A stretch of DNA of 64,000 bases, from positions 56,958,403 to 57,022,402 of the forward strand of contig NC_068984.1 of assembly GCF_001194135.2 (NCBI RefSeq). Direction: 5' to 3'. The DNA comes from Octopus bimaculoides (Eukaryota). Position 1 is the stretch's first letter. Every line of letters begins with the position of its first letter. Under the pieces are notes generated by a model. The model was not told the DNA's origin. It searched no databases and saw only the letters and a list, made by a program, of their open reading frames with translations. The position numbers were made by a program, and so were the translations under genes. This document shows, in pieces, positions 24,202-36,420 of this stretch.

Positions 24202-24830
24202 CAATCTTCACCCAATAAAATTACTCACTCAATGCATACTCTACATTGGCATAAAGACCACCTACAATGGTCTTTTGTGACATTTTTGCATGGTGTACTC
24301 AAAACATAATAGCTTAGTATTAAAATGATGTAATATAATATTTAGATTCAACTCCAATATATTTTTTATGATTTGTTTAGTGTAATGTATGACATACTCT
24401 GTACCATATGCAATATTTGTGAAATTATTCTTTTAGTAATGTGTTCCAGTTTATGATAAGCAATGTGTGATAGGATCCACTCTCCAAAATTTGCTACAGA
24501 ATAATATAACACAGCTTAAACACACTGCCATCTTAAAACAAGGGCACACTTAGCAGTTGCCTAGAGGCTTCATGGGTCTAAGGCACTCAAAGTTAATCTT
24601 ATACAACTCACATTCTGTACAATTGCCACTCAATGATATGACACAAAATCACACAGGCCATAGTCTGTGCAATTACCAACTGACACTAAAACACATAATA
24701 CAACTTACATTACACATAAAAAACATAATCACCACCTAGCAAAAACAGGAACTTCAAAAAAAACGACTGATATTGGACATATTGGTTTCAAATTTTGGCA
24801 CAAGTTCAGCAAGTTTGGGGTTTACAATTA

Positions 24831-24968
24831 AAAAGGATAATCAGAACCAATTTAAATGATTTAGTGGAGTAGCTGACAAATTTTGAAGTAAACAAATGAG
24901 TCTATCAAAAACAACTAAAAATATATACAAAGACAAGTGTACATTACAAAGGTTCATGTGAAAAGAGC
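24831..24968 (+). repeat. Local inverted duplication, copy 1 (reverse-complement copy at 26274-26411)
   Basis: aaaaggataatcagaaccaatttaaatgatttag..aaaagagc vs gctctttt..aaatcatttaaattggttctgattatccttt. Confidence 0.95.
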
Positions 24969-25295
24969 AAAAATGTTCAGATTTATAAAAAAAGCAATGA
25001 ATCAAGTATATACATATAAGAGAAACTATCCAAAAGCTTTCAATTATCTCTCATCTATCATAAATCTCTATAGCTATCTTCCAGATAATAGGGAAACACA
25101 ATATTTTTTAGATCTTGTTAGTAAGACCATCTGGAAAAGCAATGACATTCTGGTAAACAAAGCCAGGATAAATCCTGTGGCTGTATCAAATTAGCCATTC
25201 AGTATTTACATGAACCAGCCGTGACTTAAACAAGAATACTTTACACAACTGAGAATAGTTTTCAACATCAGGCAGAAAATCCACGGAACCCATCA

Positions 25296-25416
<121 letters not shown>

Positions 25417-25693
25417 TTACATTTTGGTGTGCAAGTATGTTGTACCTTCCAAATTTTGGTCTCATGACAATATCCAGGAAGTAAGGCATAGCAAATTTCA
25501 GCCGGCTTTTATCACAGTTGTTGAAATGTGCACACACCCATATGTCAGTGCATAGCCAAGGAATTATTTAGTATTAAAACTAATACTGCTAAGATTTTCA
25601 GTGTATGAATGCCCAAGTCTGGCTCTAGACCAACTGTCTTAAGCACAGAGTCTACCAACAATGGGCGGTTTGTCTGTTATTATTATAATGGGA

Positions 25694-25902
25694 AAGGTGG
25701 CAAGCTGGCACAGAGGGCAAAATGCTTAACAGTATTTCATCCGCCTTTACGTTCTGAGTTCAAATTCCACCGAAGTTGACTTTGCCTTTGATCCTTTTGG
25801 ACCAGTGGAACACTGAGGTCAATGTAATTGGCTAGAACCCTCCCCAAATTTCAGGCCTTGTGCCTATAGTAGAAAAGATTACTATTATTATTATTATTAT
25901 TA
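25694..25902 (+). mobile_element. Family C SINE copy with an (ATT)n tail
   Basis: aaggtggcaagctggc..gagttcaaattccacc..gaaaagattactattattattatt. Confidence 0.85.
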
Positions 25903-26134
25903 GAAATAAAGTAAAATGAAATAAATCTTTATCATAATGTTTCTAACTATATTTTATGCAAGTTTCTACATACACCACCAGATGTACATCTATGTTCTTG
26001 AGGCATGACATTTTATAATGTAAAATTGTGTTTGAATGCTAAAGCTTTGATTTTTATTTATTTATTTGCATACTTTATTTTGTTTAATGTAATATCACTT
26101 CAGTGTTTTATCTATAATATGTTCAATATGAGTT

Positions 26135-26274
26135 AAGGTGGCAAGCTGGTAGAATGGTTAGTATACTGGGTAGAATACTTAGCAGCATTTCATCTATCTT
26201 TATGCTCTGACTTCAAATTCCACTGAGGTTGACTTTGCCTTTCATCCTTTTGGGATCAATAAAATAAGTACCAG
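26135..26274 (+). mobile_element. 3'-truncated family C SINE ending at the inverted-duplication junction
   Basis: aaggtggcaagctggtagaatggttag..aaaataagtaccag, immediately followed by the inverted block. Confidence 0.8.
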
Positions 26275-26724
26275 CTCTTTTCATATGAACTTATGTAATG
26301 TACATTTGTCTTTGTATATATTTTTAGTTGTTTTTAATAGACTCATTTGTTTACTTGAATTTTTGTCAGCTATTCAACTAAATCATTTAAATTGGTTCTG
26401 ATTATCCTTTTTATTTTCTGTAAATTTCTTTGATGGATATCTAAGAGTTGCAATTTCAGCAATAGGTATGACTTAATTTTTTAGCAATTTATTGTTGCCT
26501 GAACAAAAATTAGTCTCTGGACAACTAGGTAAATTATAATGATTCCTTTTTTTTAACTGAAGTACTGATGACAACAACAGTGCTGCCACCACCATCCATG
26601 TCATCTGTAGGACACTTTTAGTTCAGTATGAGAGCCAATACAGTACACTCTTTGTACGACACACACAGCACACACTTTCATATATTTCACTTTTATATAT
26701 GTATATATATATATATATATATAT

Positions 26725-26933
26725 NNNNNNNNNNNNNNNNNNNNNNNNNNNNNNNNNNNNNNNNNNNNNNNNNNNNNNNNNNNNNNNNNNNNNNNNNNNN
26801 NNNNNNNNNNNNNNNNNNNNNNNNNNNNNNNNNNNNNNNNNNNNNNNNNNNNNNNNNNNNNNNNNNNNNNNNNNNNNNNNNNNNNNNNNNNNNNNNNNNN
26901 NNNNNNNNNNNNNNNNNNNNNNNNNNNNNNNNN
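26725..26933. other. Assembly gap (209 N)
   Basis: N run after (TA)n. Confidence 1.
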
Positions 26934-27128
26934 GGTCGTGGTGAGAGGGATAACTCCCTTGGCAAACAGGACACAGTCGTGTGTCGATAAGCCAGCTGGA
27001 GGAGATGTCCTCCTGGGGCTAAAAGCAACAGTAACATCCACCCCTAGGGGTCAGCCACACTTAAGTGGCAATATACTACACTTTATCGTGCAGTTACTGT
27101 TAATACTTCATTTAGAGAATTAACATTG

Positions 27129-27162
<34 letters not shown>

Positions 27163-27911
27163 GCCTAATATTTTGTATATTTTCCTCCATGTAGAGATAA
27201 GCATATTTAATCAGTTTATGTTTGTCTAAAAGACAATGAATGTTTGGCTGGTTTTCTTGAAGTAATAAACATGTAGTTTTATTCAGGTTACCTAATTAGT
27301 TTTCAATGGGAAAAAGCAGTAGAGACATAATGCTAAGGAAGTAACATGGATGAGTCGTATATGTTGAGTTAGGCCAAAAGATATGTAAATACATAAAATA
27401 CAACAAAAATAATTCATTTAAAATCATTGTTGAACAGCATTTACTGAAGAAGTTTTTTAAAAAAGAAAAGAATGATAAATTCTCTGAAATGACATAACAT
27501 TCTACATAAGTTGTTGTTTAACCTCAGTTTTATCCTAACTGATCTGAACTATGATCAAAAAGGATTTCATCTGTGACGACTCTATCTTTTTTGGAGTATC
27601 ACCTGAATTGCACTGTTTAGTGTACTCTTTCCTTATTTAAGGTAGCTAAGCATGTTTTTTAAGGAAGATTTGGCTGATATTTATAATTTGTTGGTTAAAT
27701 TCACAGAAGCTCTCATCTCATTCTACATAAATTGTCTTTGAATGTGGTATATGGCTGTATAGTTAAGAAACTTGCTCCCCAGCCATGTAGTTTCAGGTTC
27801 AGTCTCACTGCATGGTGAATGGCAACTGTGAAAGGAACTGTTTGTGTCTGTGTATATGTGTACATACATACATATATACATACATAAATAAATGTTGTGT
27901 GTGTATATATA

Positions 27912-27921
27912 NNNNNNNNNN
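27912..27921. other. Assembly gap (10 N)
   Basis: N run. Confidence 1.
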
Positions 27922-28029
27922 ATGCCGGAGCTAAGAGCTATGATGCATTCTCATTGGCTATTATGACAATAGATGCTCCAATTGTCATAATAGCCGATGA
28001 GAATGCATCATAGCTCTTAGCTTTGGCAT
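27922..28029 (+). repeat. Near-perfect hairpin: 49-bp arms, 10-nt loop
   Basis: Arms 27922-27970 and 27981-28029; the three non-Watson-Crick pairs are all G-T (G-U in + strand RNA). Confidence 0.95.
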
Positions 28030-28049
28030 TTGAAACTCTGAGTCCTATT

Positions 28050-28570
28050 ATGACAACTTACTGTTTGTAAAAATCATTTGCCAGTGATGATTTATGTCCC
28101 CACCAAGAAAGTGCCACTTTCATTGCCTTAGTGATCTGAAAGTCATTAACGAATTTCAAAATAATTGTTGTTGTGCAAGACTGTGAATTATTTTGGAAAT
28201 ATTCTGTTAAGGCTGAGTCTATAATAGATAATTTCATTAATATAACCATGACTAATTTGCATATTATTTGCCGCTTCATGAATTGTCACTAGTCTGTTCA
28301 AAGAGAACCATATCACAGACATATTCAATGTTGTTGTCATCACAAGATGTGGTTGGGCTTCTGGTATTTTCCTTGTTGCAGGTACCATCATAAGGGTGTG
28401 CTTTTCATCTACCTGTAGGTATTTGTAACATTCCTCATCAGATATCAGAGAAACAGTCGAGATTTTGATGGAAATGCTGCTCATCTGATTTACAGTTCTC
28501 CCTTATTTCACAATCATATAAGAACATTTATCTTGCCCAAATTTCATTATTATTTCCTTCAAGAATGTTG
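28050..28570 (-). pseudogene. Decayed mariner transposase fragment (HTH region)
   Basis: RLVTIHEAANNMQISHGYINEII resembles the mariner consensus RRVTI.E.A..LQISHGSA.EII; multiple stops. Confidence 0.8.
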
Positions 28571-28665
28571 TAACCAGGTTAAAGCTCTTATTCATTGCAT
28601 GTATGTATATGTATACTTGTGTGTGTGTGTGTGTGTGCATGTATGTAAGCTGAGTACAGCAGATA

Positions 28666-29061
28666 CTCTTTTACTTGTTTCAGTCATTTGACTGCGGCCA
28701 TGCTGGAGCATCACCTTTAGTCGAGCAAATCGACCTCAGGACTTATTCTTTGTAAGCCTAGTACTTATTCTATCAGTCTCTTTTGCCGAACTGCTAAGTT
28801 ATGGGGATGTAAACACACCAGCATCGGTTGTCAAGTGATGGTGGGGGGGACAAACACAGACACACAAACACACATACATATATATATATACATATACATA
28901 TATACAACAGGCTTCTTTCAGTTTCCATCTACCAAATCCACTCACAAGGCTTTGGTCGGCCCGAGGCTATAGTAGAAGACACTTGCCCAAGGTGCCATGC
29001 AGTGGGACTGAACCCAGAACCATGTGGTTGGTAAGCAAGCTACTTACCACACAGCCACTCC
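28666..29061 (-). mobile_element. Family A tRNA-derived SINE copy
   Basis: Full-length homolog of 15203-15595. Confidence 0.9.
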
Positions 29062-30042
29062 TAATTAGTTTAAGTGACATAAAAAAAGGATTTCAATCAC
29101 AAATGAAATAAATATGACTGAAAGCTTACTTCAGGTGATGATATGACACTAAGTCAATGTATTCAGAGAATTTAATGAAATCTGTGAAGTGTTGCCTTAA
29201 ATACAATGATGTATCAATAATTACCTGAGTGGACTATAACACAAGCAATATATTTTTCTCATATTCAGTTGATAGAAACAATTGACTATAGAAACTTGAT
29301 AATGAAGAAAAAGTGAGAAAAACATTGTAAAGGGCTTGAATCATTAAAGGGAATATTCTCTTAATATCAAAGTAATGCATTTTGTTTTCAGCATAATGTG
29401 TAATTGAAGTTGAAACAAAATCGAGCTGAAATTTAGAAATAGCATTATAATTTTCCTTGAAAAAAATAATAAACTTTTTAAAATTATTTTTTGTGTTATA
29501 TCATTTAAGAAATTGTATTTAAACTGTTTCCTCAATATTTTCTATTTATTGTATTTTTCCAGTATATTTTATACATCTTTAATTTTTTTCCTTTGTGAAA
29601 GGAACATCCACATCTAAATTTAGAAAATACTGTTTTGGTTGTATATATATAATACTTTGACTTGTTTAAATTATGGAGCCAACAGTCTGCATTTTAGATT
29701 CTTTGGGTTCTTTCTATGCAGAACCTACTTTAATGAGGGTGGCTTAGCAAAATTTTGAAAATCTGGCATTTCAGGCGGCTGGAAATACCTAATTAATAAT
29801 GTAAATATCTCACTATCAACTGAACTGTTACTATATCTTATCTATGATGAAAGATTAATTGCCGTGTGTATTGAAGTACTGAGCTAAACACAAGAATGAA
29901 GAGGTAAAGAAGACCTTATCAAATTGGTAAGGGACAGAAATTTAAATATGGTAGAAAATTGATAAAAATTAGGACCCTACCCAACTAATATATCGTGATT
30001 TTCATATTTTAGCTGCTTTACTTATACAGTTATGTCATACAG

Positions 30043-30417
30043 GTGGAGGTGCAATGGCCCAGTGGTTAGGGCAGCAGACTCGTGGTCGCAGTTTCAATTC
30101 CCAGACAAGGTGTTGTGAGTGTTTTTTGAGCAAAAACACCTAAAAGGCTCCACGAGGTTCTGGCAGGGGGTGGTGGAAAACCCTGCTGTACTCTTTTACC
30201 ACAACTTTCTCTCACACTTTCTTCCTGTTTCTGTTGTACCTGTATTTCAAAGAGCCAACCTAGTCACACTTTGTGTCATGCTGAATATCCCCGAGAACTA
30301 CATTAAGGGTACATATGTCTGTGAAGTCCTCAGTCAATGCACGTTAATTTCATGAGCAGGCTATTCTGTTGATTGGATCAACTGGAACCCTCATCGTCAT
30401 AACCAACAGAGTGCCAC
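30043..30417 (+). mobile_element. Family B tRNA-derived SINE with a 12-bp TSD
   Basis: gtggaggtgcaatggcccagtggttagggc..; flanks tatgtcatacag (30031-30042) and tatgttatacag (30418-30429). Confidence 0.9.
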
Positions 30418-30524
30418 TATGTTATACAGACACAAACAGAATGCTTATGACTGAGTGCTTAGGCTATTGGACTATTAACATAAAGAATGCAACTTTAATG
30501 TCTGCTTCTAGAATTGATTGAGTT

Positions 30525-30925
30525 TATTATTATGGAAGCAAAGCTCAGGTTTGGTCTTATTCCTGGTAGGATTTATTTGGGTAGCAGGTGACTATCTGTA
30601 ACCTTAGGTATCCACATGTTTTTGGCAGTCTTTTAAGTGCTTAGAACCCTCCTGATAATCCTTGCTGTCCCTAAGAGGCAACCTTTCTGTAGGAGCTCTA
30701 CTGGGCATTCTATTTCAATCTCTTTCAGTCATTTGTCTATATCTTGGCTTACTATTCCCAACGCATCAATTATTATAGTCACAACCTTTACTGTTTGTAT
30801 GCTCCAAATTCTTCCTATTTCAAACTTTAAGGAATTGTATTTTCTTTCTTTTTCTTCTTTCTTTGTGATCCTGGAATCAAATGGGCATGATAGGTCAATA
30901 AGTAAGCAACATCACTTGTCTTTAT
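30525..30925 (-). pseudogene. 3' fragment of a non-LTR retrotransposon with a restriction-like endonuclease (R4/Dong-like)
   Basis: LLIDLSCPFDSRITKKEEKERKYNSLKFEIGRIW..VVTIIIDALG..LQKGCLLGTARIIRRVL; two internal stops. Confidence 0.75.
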
Positions 30926-32073
30926 CTATGATTGTAATATCTAGTTTATTACTTTCTAACTTACTATTATTATTATTATTATTATCATTATTATTTTAGT
31001 TTCTGTCATCACAGATGGAAATAATATTTTATTCTTGCATTTTATCATTAGATACATTTTTATCTTCATAGTTGAGATGTCGTTTGTCTCATGTCTCATG
31101 TCAAGTCTGATTGTGGTCAAAGACAGTCCGCCTTTTTTTCGGGACACACTGCATCCAAGATCACATTGTCTAATTGTAAAGGCTGATTTAATGGGGATTT
31201 GGCTGCTATTTCTTGCAGGTCAGTGACCACCTAAAGGTACCCTTGTTGAGTAATCTGGGTTTTAGAAACTTCTGGTGTAAAATTCTTGAATGATCAAAGT
31301 GATTATGTAAGAGAAAAATGGATGTAAAACCATAAAATTAAATGTTTCTCAAGTTCCAAGAAGACATTGAGAGATGGTACATAGCTTTAGATTTGTGGCA
31401 GAGTGAAGAAGAGGATAAGAGATAAATCTTCTCTGGTGTTCTGCTGACAAGCTGCATTTACTTGATAACTAGGTTGACTAAAAATATAGTTCTTTCTAAA
31501 TTGGAAGTTGCAATATTCATGCTTTCCTTAAAATACCAGAAATGCAAGTTGAAGGAATTCTGTTTAGAAATCAAAACTAAGTTTTTGGTTTGTTTGTCAA
31601 TAGTTTCTTGTTAGGCCAAGAAATCAGCTACTCTTAACTTTGATACAGATTTTATTGGAGGATGAGAAGTAAAGTTGACCACAGCAGAAATTGAAATCAG
31701 ACTCCAAGGAGCCAGAACAAACACAGTAAAATATTTTGGCCAACACTCTAAAGAATCTGTATGGAAATTGTAACATTCAAAAAATTTCCATTTATTAACT
31801 CAGAAACAGAGGAAACAAAACTTGTATATTTGTGTATTATTTCATATTTTATATTTTTTAAATTCTAATTTTTTTTGTCTCCTGCATTTTGTACAGTAAT
31901 TTCGATTATCTCCTCTTTATGTTGATGTCATGTGATCCATATGTATTGTGACATCATAATCTATTCAAAGACTTTATGCTGCCAGTCCAAAAGGCATAGT
32001 TTCAAGTTTAATGAAGTCTTGTTGTTTATGAAGAAATGAGAGGAAATTACTGATTTGCTTATTGAATTTACAG

Positions 32074-32150
32074 ATTCAAAATATAGTTAAATCTGTAAAT
32101 ATGGTTGTTATGTTTATATGCACTGAAGATGATAGTCCAAATGTTTTGGG
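32074..32150 (+). CDS. Candidate coding exon (77 nt, 0>2): IQNIVKSVNMVVMFICTEDDSPNVL(G)
   Basis: Acceptor ttgcttattgaatttacag| and donor GG|gtaatt; open frame; ICTEDD resembles recalled ICKLSEDE; requires a 41-nt intron to the next exon. Confidence 0.45.
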
Positions 32151-32191
32151 GTAATTATTTAATCATCACTTTCTCTGATTATTAACTGAAG

Positions 32192-32242
32192 ATTCTGGTG
32201 TTACTGTTGCTCTTATAGTGATATTGCTCTTGAAATTGTAAG
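32192..32242 (+). CDS. Candidate coding exon (51 nt, 2>2): FWCYCCSYSDIALEIV(R)
   Basis: Acceptor ttctctgattattaactgaag| and consensus donor AG|gtaagt; W-x2-CC-x2-S-x4-E matches recalled GEMIN4 WMECCCVSSGISE. Confidence 0.7.
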
Positions 32243-32249
32243 GTAAGTA

Positions 32250-35200
32250 CCATATTTCCTAGTGTTGAAGATTCTACTTTTTTCCTAAAATACGTCTTGA
32301 AAATCTACCATGCATCCTGGAGGCCAAAGGCTGCATTTTTCATAGGCATATCCAAACCCCAGAGGAAAATGATCTATGCTACACAGTAATCTGAACCCCT
32401 GTATATGACCGTTGAGTGAGGTGTATAAATTACACTTTGTTAAAGTAGTAAATAAACAAAAGTATCATAAAATTTCTTTTAATATATGCAGTCACAAAAG
32501 TTCATTCCCGTATGGGTACTGTATATTAGATGAGGCAACTGACGAGTGATATTTTACATGTGTATCTATATTGCCAGTATTGTCACTCTCTTCAAACAAC
32601 CTGACTTCAAGGGGTCATTATTAGGTGACGGAAGAACTAAAAATGCAGCATGTTAAAAAGGTTTACAACAAAATATTAATAACAATAGTATCATAATCAC
32701 TTACTCACTTTCTGTGATGAAACGTGTTGCATTCAGTCATCATTTACTCACTCTCTGTGATGAAGCGTGTTGTGTTCAGACAGCAACATAGGCTTCCTCC
32801 TTGATCTCTGAAAGCCATGGTCTTAACCAGTTCATATCTGGACCTACTGACATTAGGAGTGATCCACAACTTCAGAAGATTTTATTTAAAATTTTTAGCA
32901 CAACTGTTATTATGGTAACCTCAAGCATCAAGACTTAAATGTAACCTGCATCAGACTGCAGCTAAGTGGCCAGAACTGGAGCAAGAGAAGGAGTGGATAG
33001 TTATGGAGAGAAATTTGGGTCTTGCTGTATCAATAAAAAGGATTATTAATGAATCAAAAGTGAGGACAGCAGCTTGAGGTCTGGATGATTTTTGTGACAC
33101 ATCAAGCTAGTGTTACAGATTTATGAAGAGGCACAAACTGACTATGAGAATGAAAATAAGAATAGCACAAAAAGCCTGAAGATTATGATAACAAAATAAT
33201 CAAATTTCACAGGTTCATAATCAATGCAAGGAAGGAGACTGACTACAAACTGGGTCAGATCAAAAACATGGATTAGGTATGATTAACATTTGAGGTAGTA
33301 TCAAATAGAACACTAGATGTTAAAGGGTCCAAAACTGTAAGTGTAAAGACATTTGGACATGAGAAAACCCATTATACTGCGGTATTATTGTGTTGTGCTG
33401 ATGGAACAAAACTGCTACCAGTGCTTATTTTCAAGAGGAAAACTTTACCAAAAGACAAAATTCTATGTGGAATTTTTGTTCATGTCCATCCAAAGTTGTG
33501 AATGGATGAAGAGGGAGTGAAGTTATGGCTAGATAAGGTCTGGTCAAGGTGTTCTGGTGGCTTCCTTAAAAAAAACATCCATTCTTGTGTGGGACCAGTT
33601 TCATGCCCACAAAACAAAGGCTATTAAAGAAAGGGTGCAGAAATTGAAAATGAAAATGGCAGTAATCCCAGGTGGTTTAACAAGCCAATTACAACCACTG
33701 GACGTATCAATCAACAAGCCTTTTAAGGCATTTATGAAAGAAGAGTGGAATCAGTGGATGAAAGTGAAGGACAATGACCTAACACCAACAGGTTGTTTGA
33801 AAAGGCCAACAATTGCTCAGGTATGTGAGTGGGTTCTGAAATTGTATAACACTGTGAAAATTGAAGTAATAGTAAAAATCTTTTTTAAAATGTGGCATCA
33901 ATAATGCATTAGATTGCACAGAAGATGATGTTTTGTTTGAAGATAGTGACGCTTTGGATAGTATTGATGACCCTGATGGTTTTTCTGGTTTTGGAGCTAT
34001 GGATGTGTCAGTTTTCAGGATTTGAAGAGTGAACTATTTTCCTTATACATTTAATATTTGCACACTTTTTAATCTTTTTCCATTGTAATTAGTTGTAACG
34101 TTTGCTTTGTCATATCCGTGTGAGAGTTTTAATGGTAATAATGTGAAATATTTTCAGGATTTGAAGATTAAAATGTTTTCTTATTTGTAATATTTCAGCT
34201 GTGCAGACTTTAATCTCTGTTCTGTTTTTATTTTTTATTTGGGTTGTCATGTTTCTGTGGTACTTCTACAAATGGTAGCAATAAGCAAAATATTTTCAGG
34301 ATTTTATGATTGAAATGTTTTTTATTGTGTAGATTTTACTGTAATCTTTATTTCATTTTTATTTTGTTCTGTTTGGGATGTCATGTTCATGTGGTATTTG
34401 TACAAAGTGTAACTGTGCAATAAAATGCTATTCCGTATTTCTCACAATAATTTTCCTATTATGGAGTTTAGTTTTTCCTTTGTCTGAGAGAAAAAAAAGT
34501 ACTGTATAAGTCTACATCCAATACTTCCAAAGTCTTAAAATACTGTACCAGCTGTAGCCCCGTTCACCTGCATGAACTGAGACACTATTGGCCGAGAAGC
34601 TTCCTGACAGAACACATGGAGATAAAAATCACTGCTAGGCCAAACAGTGAATAGCTGAACTGGAGTATCGTAGTGCAGAAGTGGATCCAGAAATTTCTGG
34701 TACAGAGTGGGTCTGAGGTCTGGTTCATTGCAAGATCAATGAAATGACAGTATATGTTCAGAAATACTGAAAAATTTAATTTTTATACTGAACCCTTCAA
34801 GGATTGTTTGTTGCTGGTACAAAAATATGTTTTCCATCATACATATTTAAGCAAAACAGTCAAATTTGAGAAGTTTCTTGGTTGGTGGTGGTAGTGATGG
34901 TAGGGGGAGGGAGTGGCATCCCCTACCCTTCCCCCTCTGAATCCCATCCCTGTCGTAGTGTAGTTTGAATATTACAGTGAACACATGATGGTAGGCATAA
35001 ACTTTGAGAGCATACTTACCATATCATGTCTCTGTACTGATGGTCCCACAAAACAAATTGGTAAGGTAGGTGAGTGCTGCCTTTTGTTAGTTTTACAGAC
35101 ATGATGAGTGGGGTCACAATGGAGACAGTCACGGTTAGCCAGCATAAAGGGATAGCGCAAATAAGTGTTAGACGAACAGCCAAAATAAATGTTAGGAACA

Positions 35201-35379
35201 TTTTAAGTGGCATGCTGGAAGTTACAGTGATTTTTGTTTTTCGCATTGCATCTGTAAAGGTGACAAGACCCAAAGTACCAGGACCTTATTTTTATGTTTA
35301 TTTTCTTTTTGAAATTTTTATTTGTCAGAATTAGGGTGCATCCTCAAGGAGAAAGCGTTTTTGATGTCAGGTAATACGG
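32250..35379 (+). mobile_element. pogo-family (Tc1/mariner superfamily) DNA transposon, about 3.1 kb, decayed, with probable nested inserts in the 3' part
   Basis: TA at 32248-32249 and 35380-35381; short imperfect TIR ccatatttcct vs the reverse complement ccgtattacct; internal transposase pseudogene. The right boundary is uncertain (an alternative end lies near 34546). Confidence 0.7.
32950..33960 (+). pseudogene. pogo/Tigger-type transposase pseudogene (CENP-B HTH + DDE_1)
   Basis: KWPELEQ; RFMKRHKLTMR; NMD*V; GHEKTHYTAVLLCCADGTKL; LVWDQFHAH; IPGGLTSQLQPLDVSINKPFK; several stops and frameshifts. Confidence 0.92.
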
Positions 35380-35607
35380 TATATTTTTACAATTGTCCAA
35401 GCAGTCTATATTGATGTAGAGAAATGCATACATTTTCCTAATGGTAGCAGGTTAGAATAAATAAGTGTTAAGTTAGGATTTGCTGAGATAAAAGTTTAGT
35501 CTGAATCATGTTTTGAATAACTGTCAGTTTTTTTGTTGTTTTTTATGCAAAATAATGGATTATATTAGAGTTCCCTCATATATCTTTTTCTCTCTGTTTA
35601 TTTTTCT

Positions 35608-35988
35608 GAGAAGAATGTGGATAGTGTTATAGCTTTTGCTTACCAACCACATGGTTCCGGGTTCATTCCCACTGCGTGGCACCTTGGGCAAGTGTCTTCT
35701 ACTATAGCCTCGGGCCAACCAAAGCCTTGTGAGTGGATTTGGTAGATGGAAACATATATATATGTATGTGTGTATATGTTTGTGTGTCTGCGTTTGTCCC
35801 CCTGATATCGCTTGACAATTGATGCTGGTGTGTTTACGTCCCCATAACTTAGCGGTTTGACAAAAGAGACCGATAGAATAAGTACTAGGCTTACAAAGAA
35901 TAAGTCCTGGGGTCGATTTGCTTGACTAAAGGCGGTGCTCCAGCATGGCTGCAGTCAAATGACTGAAACAAGTAAAAGAGTAAAAGAG
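35608..35988 (+). mobile_element. Family A tRNA-derived SINE copy
   Basis: ccacatggttccgggttcattcccactgcgtggc..aaaggcggtgctccagcatggctgcagtcaaatgactgaaacaagtaaaagag. Confidence 0.9.
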
Positions 35989-36009
35989 TTTAGTCTAAAC
36001 AAGTTGACA

Positions 36010-36420
36010 AAAGGTAACCATTGCTCATAGCTTCCAAACTGATGAATTTGATGCAGTTGAGGATTTGTCAGTCTTGGTTGTGGGGTTAAGAAGTTCACTT
36101 CATAACTACATGGTTTGGAGTTTTGATCCTGTTGTGCAACATCTTGGTCCAGTTTCTTCTCCCATATTTTTGAGTCAAACTTGTGAGTGGAATTTACCAA
36201 ATGGAAAAAGCTGTGGAATTGTGGAATCCCATTGGAGGGACTCCTGTATTCTTGGGTGAGAGTCTTATGTTGCTTGGTTATAATACCTTCCTTAGTCCTT
36301 GGGTGTCTATAGCAGAATCTGGTCTGTTGCAAACATTCAAACTAGATATCTACTCAAAGAATAACTACTTGCCTCTCCCTTCAGTCTTGGAGTCCCTTAA
36401 GAGGACCATGATACTGTTCT
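36010..36420 (-). mobile_element. Decayed L2/CR1-group LINE 3' fragment
   Basis: The minus strand gives QWDSTIPQLFPFGKF, resembling the WNSLP..FP..YNL..FK C-terminal motif. Confidence 0.4.

Noticed and set aside
29269-31942. Extra candidate exons 29269-29312 (LIETIDYRNLIMKK, 0>2) and 31897-31942 (NFDYLLFMLMSCDPY, 2>0)
   Set aside because: They are phase-compatible as a pair with decent sites, but add about 30 residues not needed by the alignment. They cannot be supported without RNA data.
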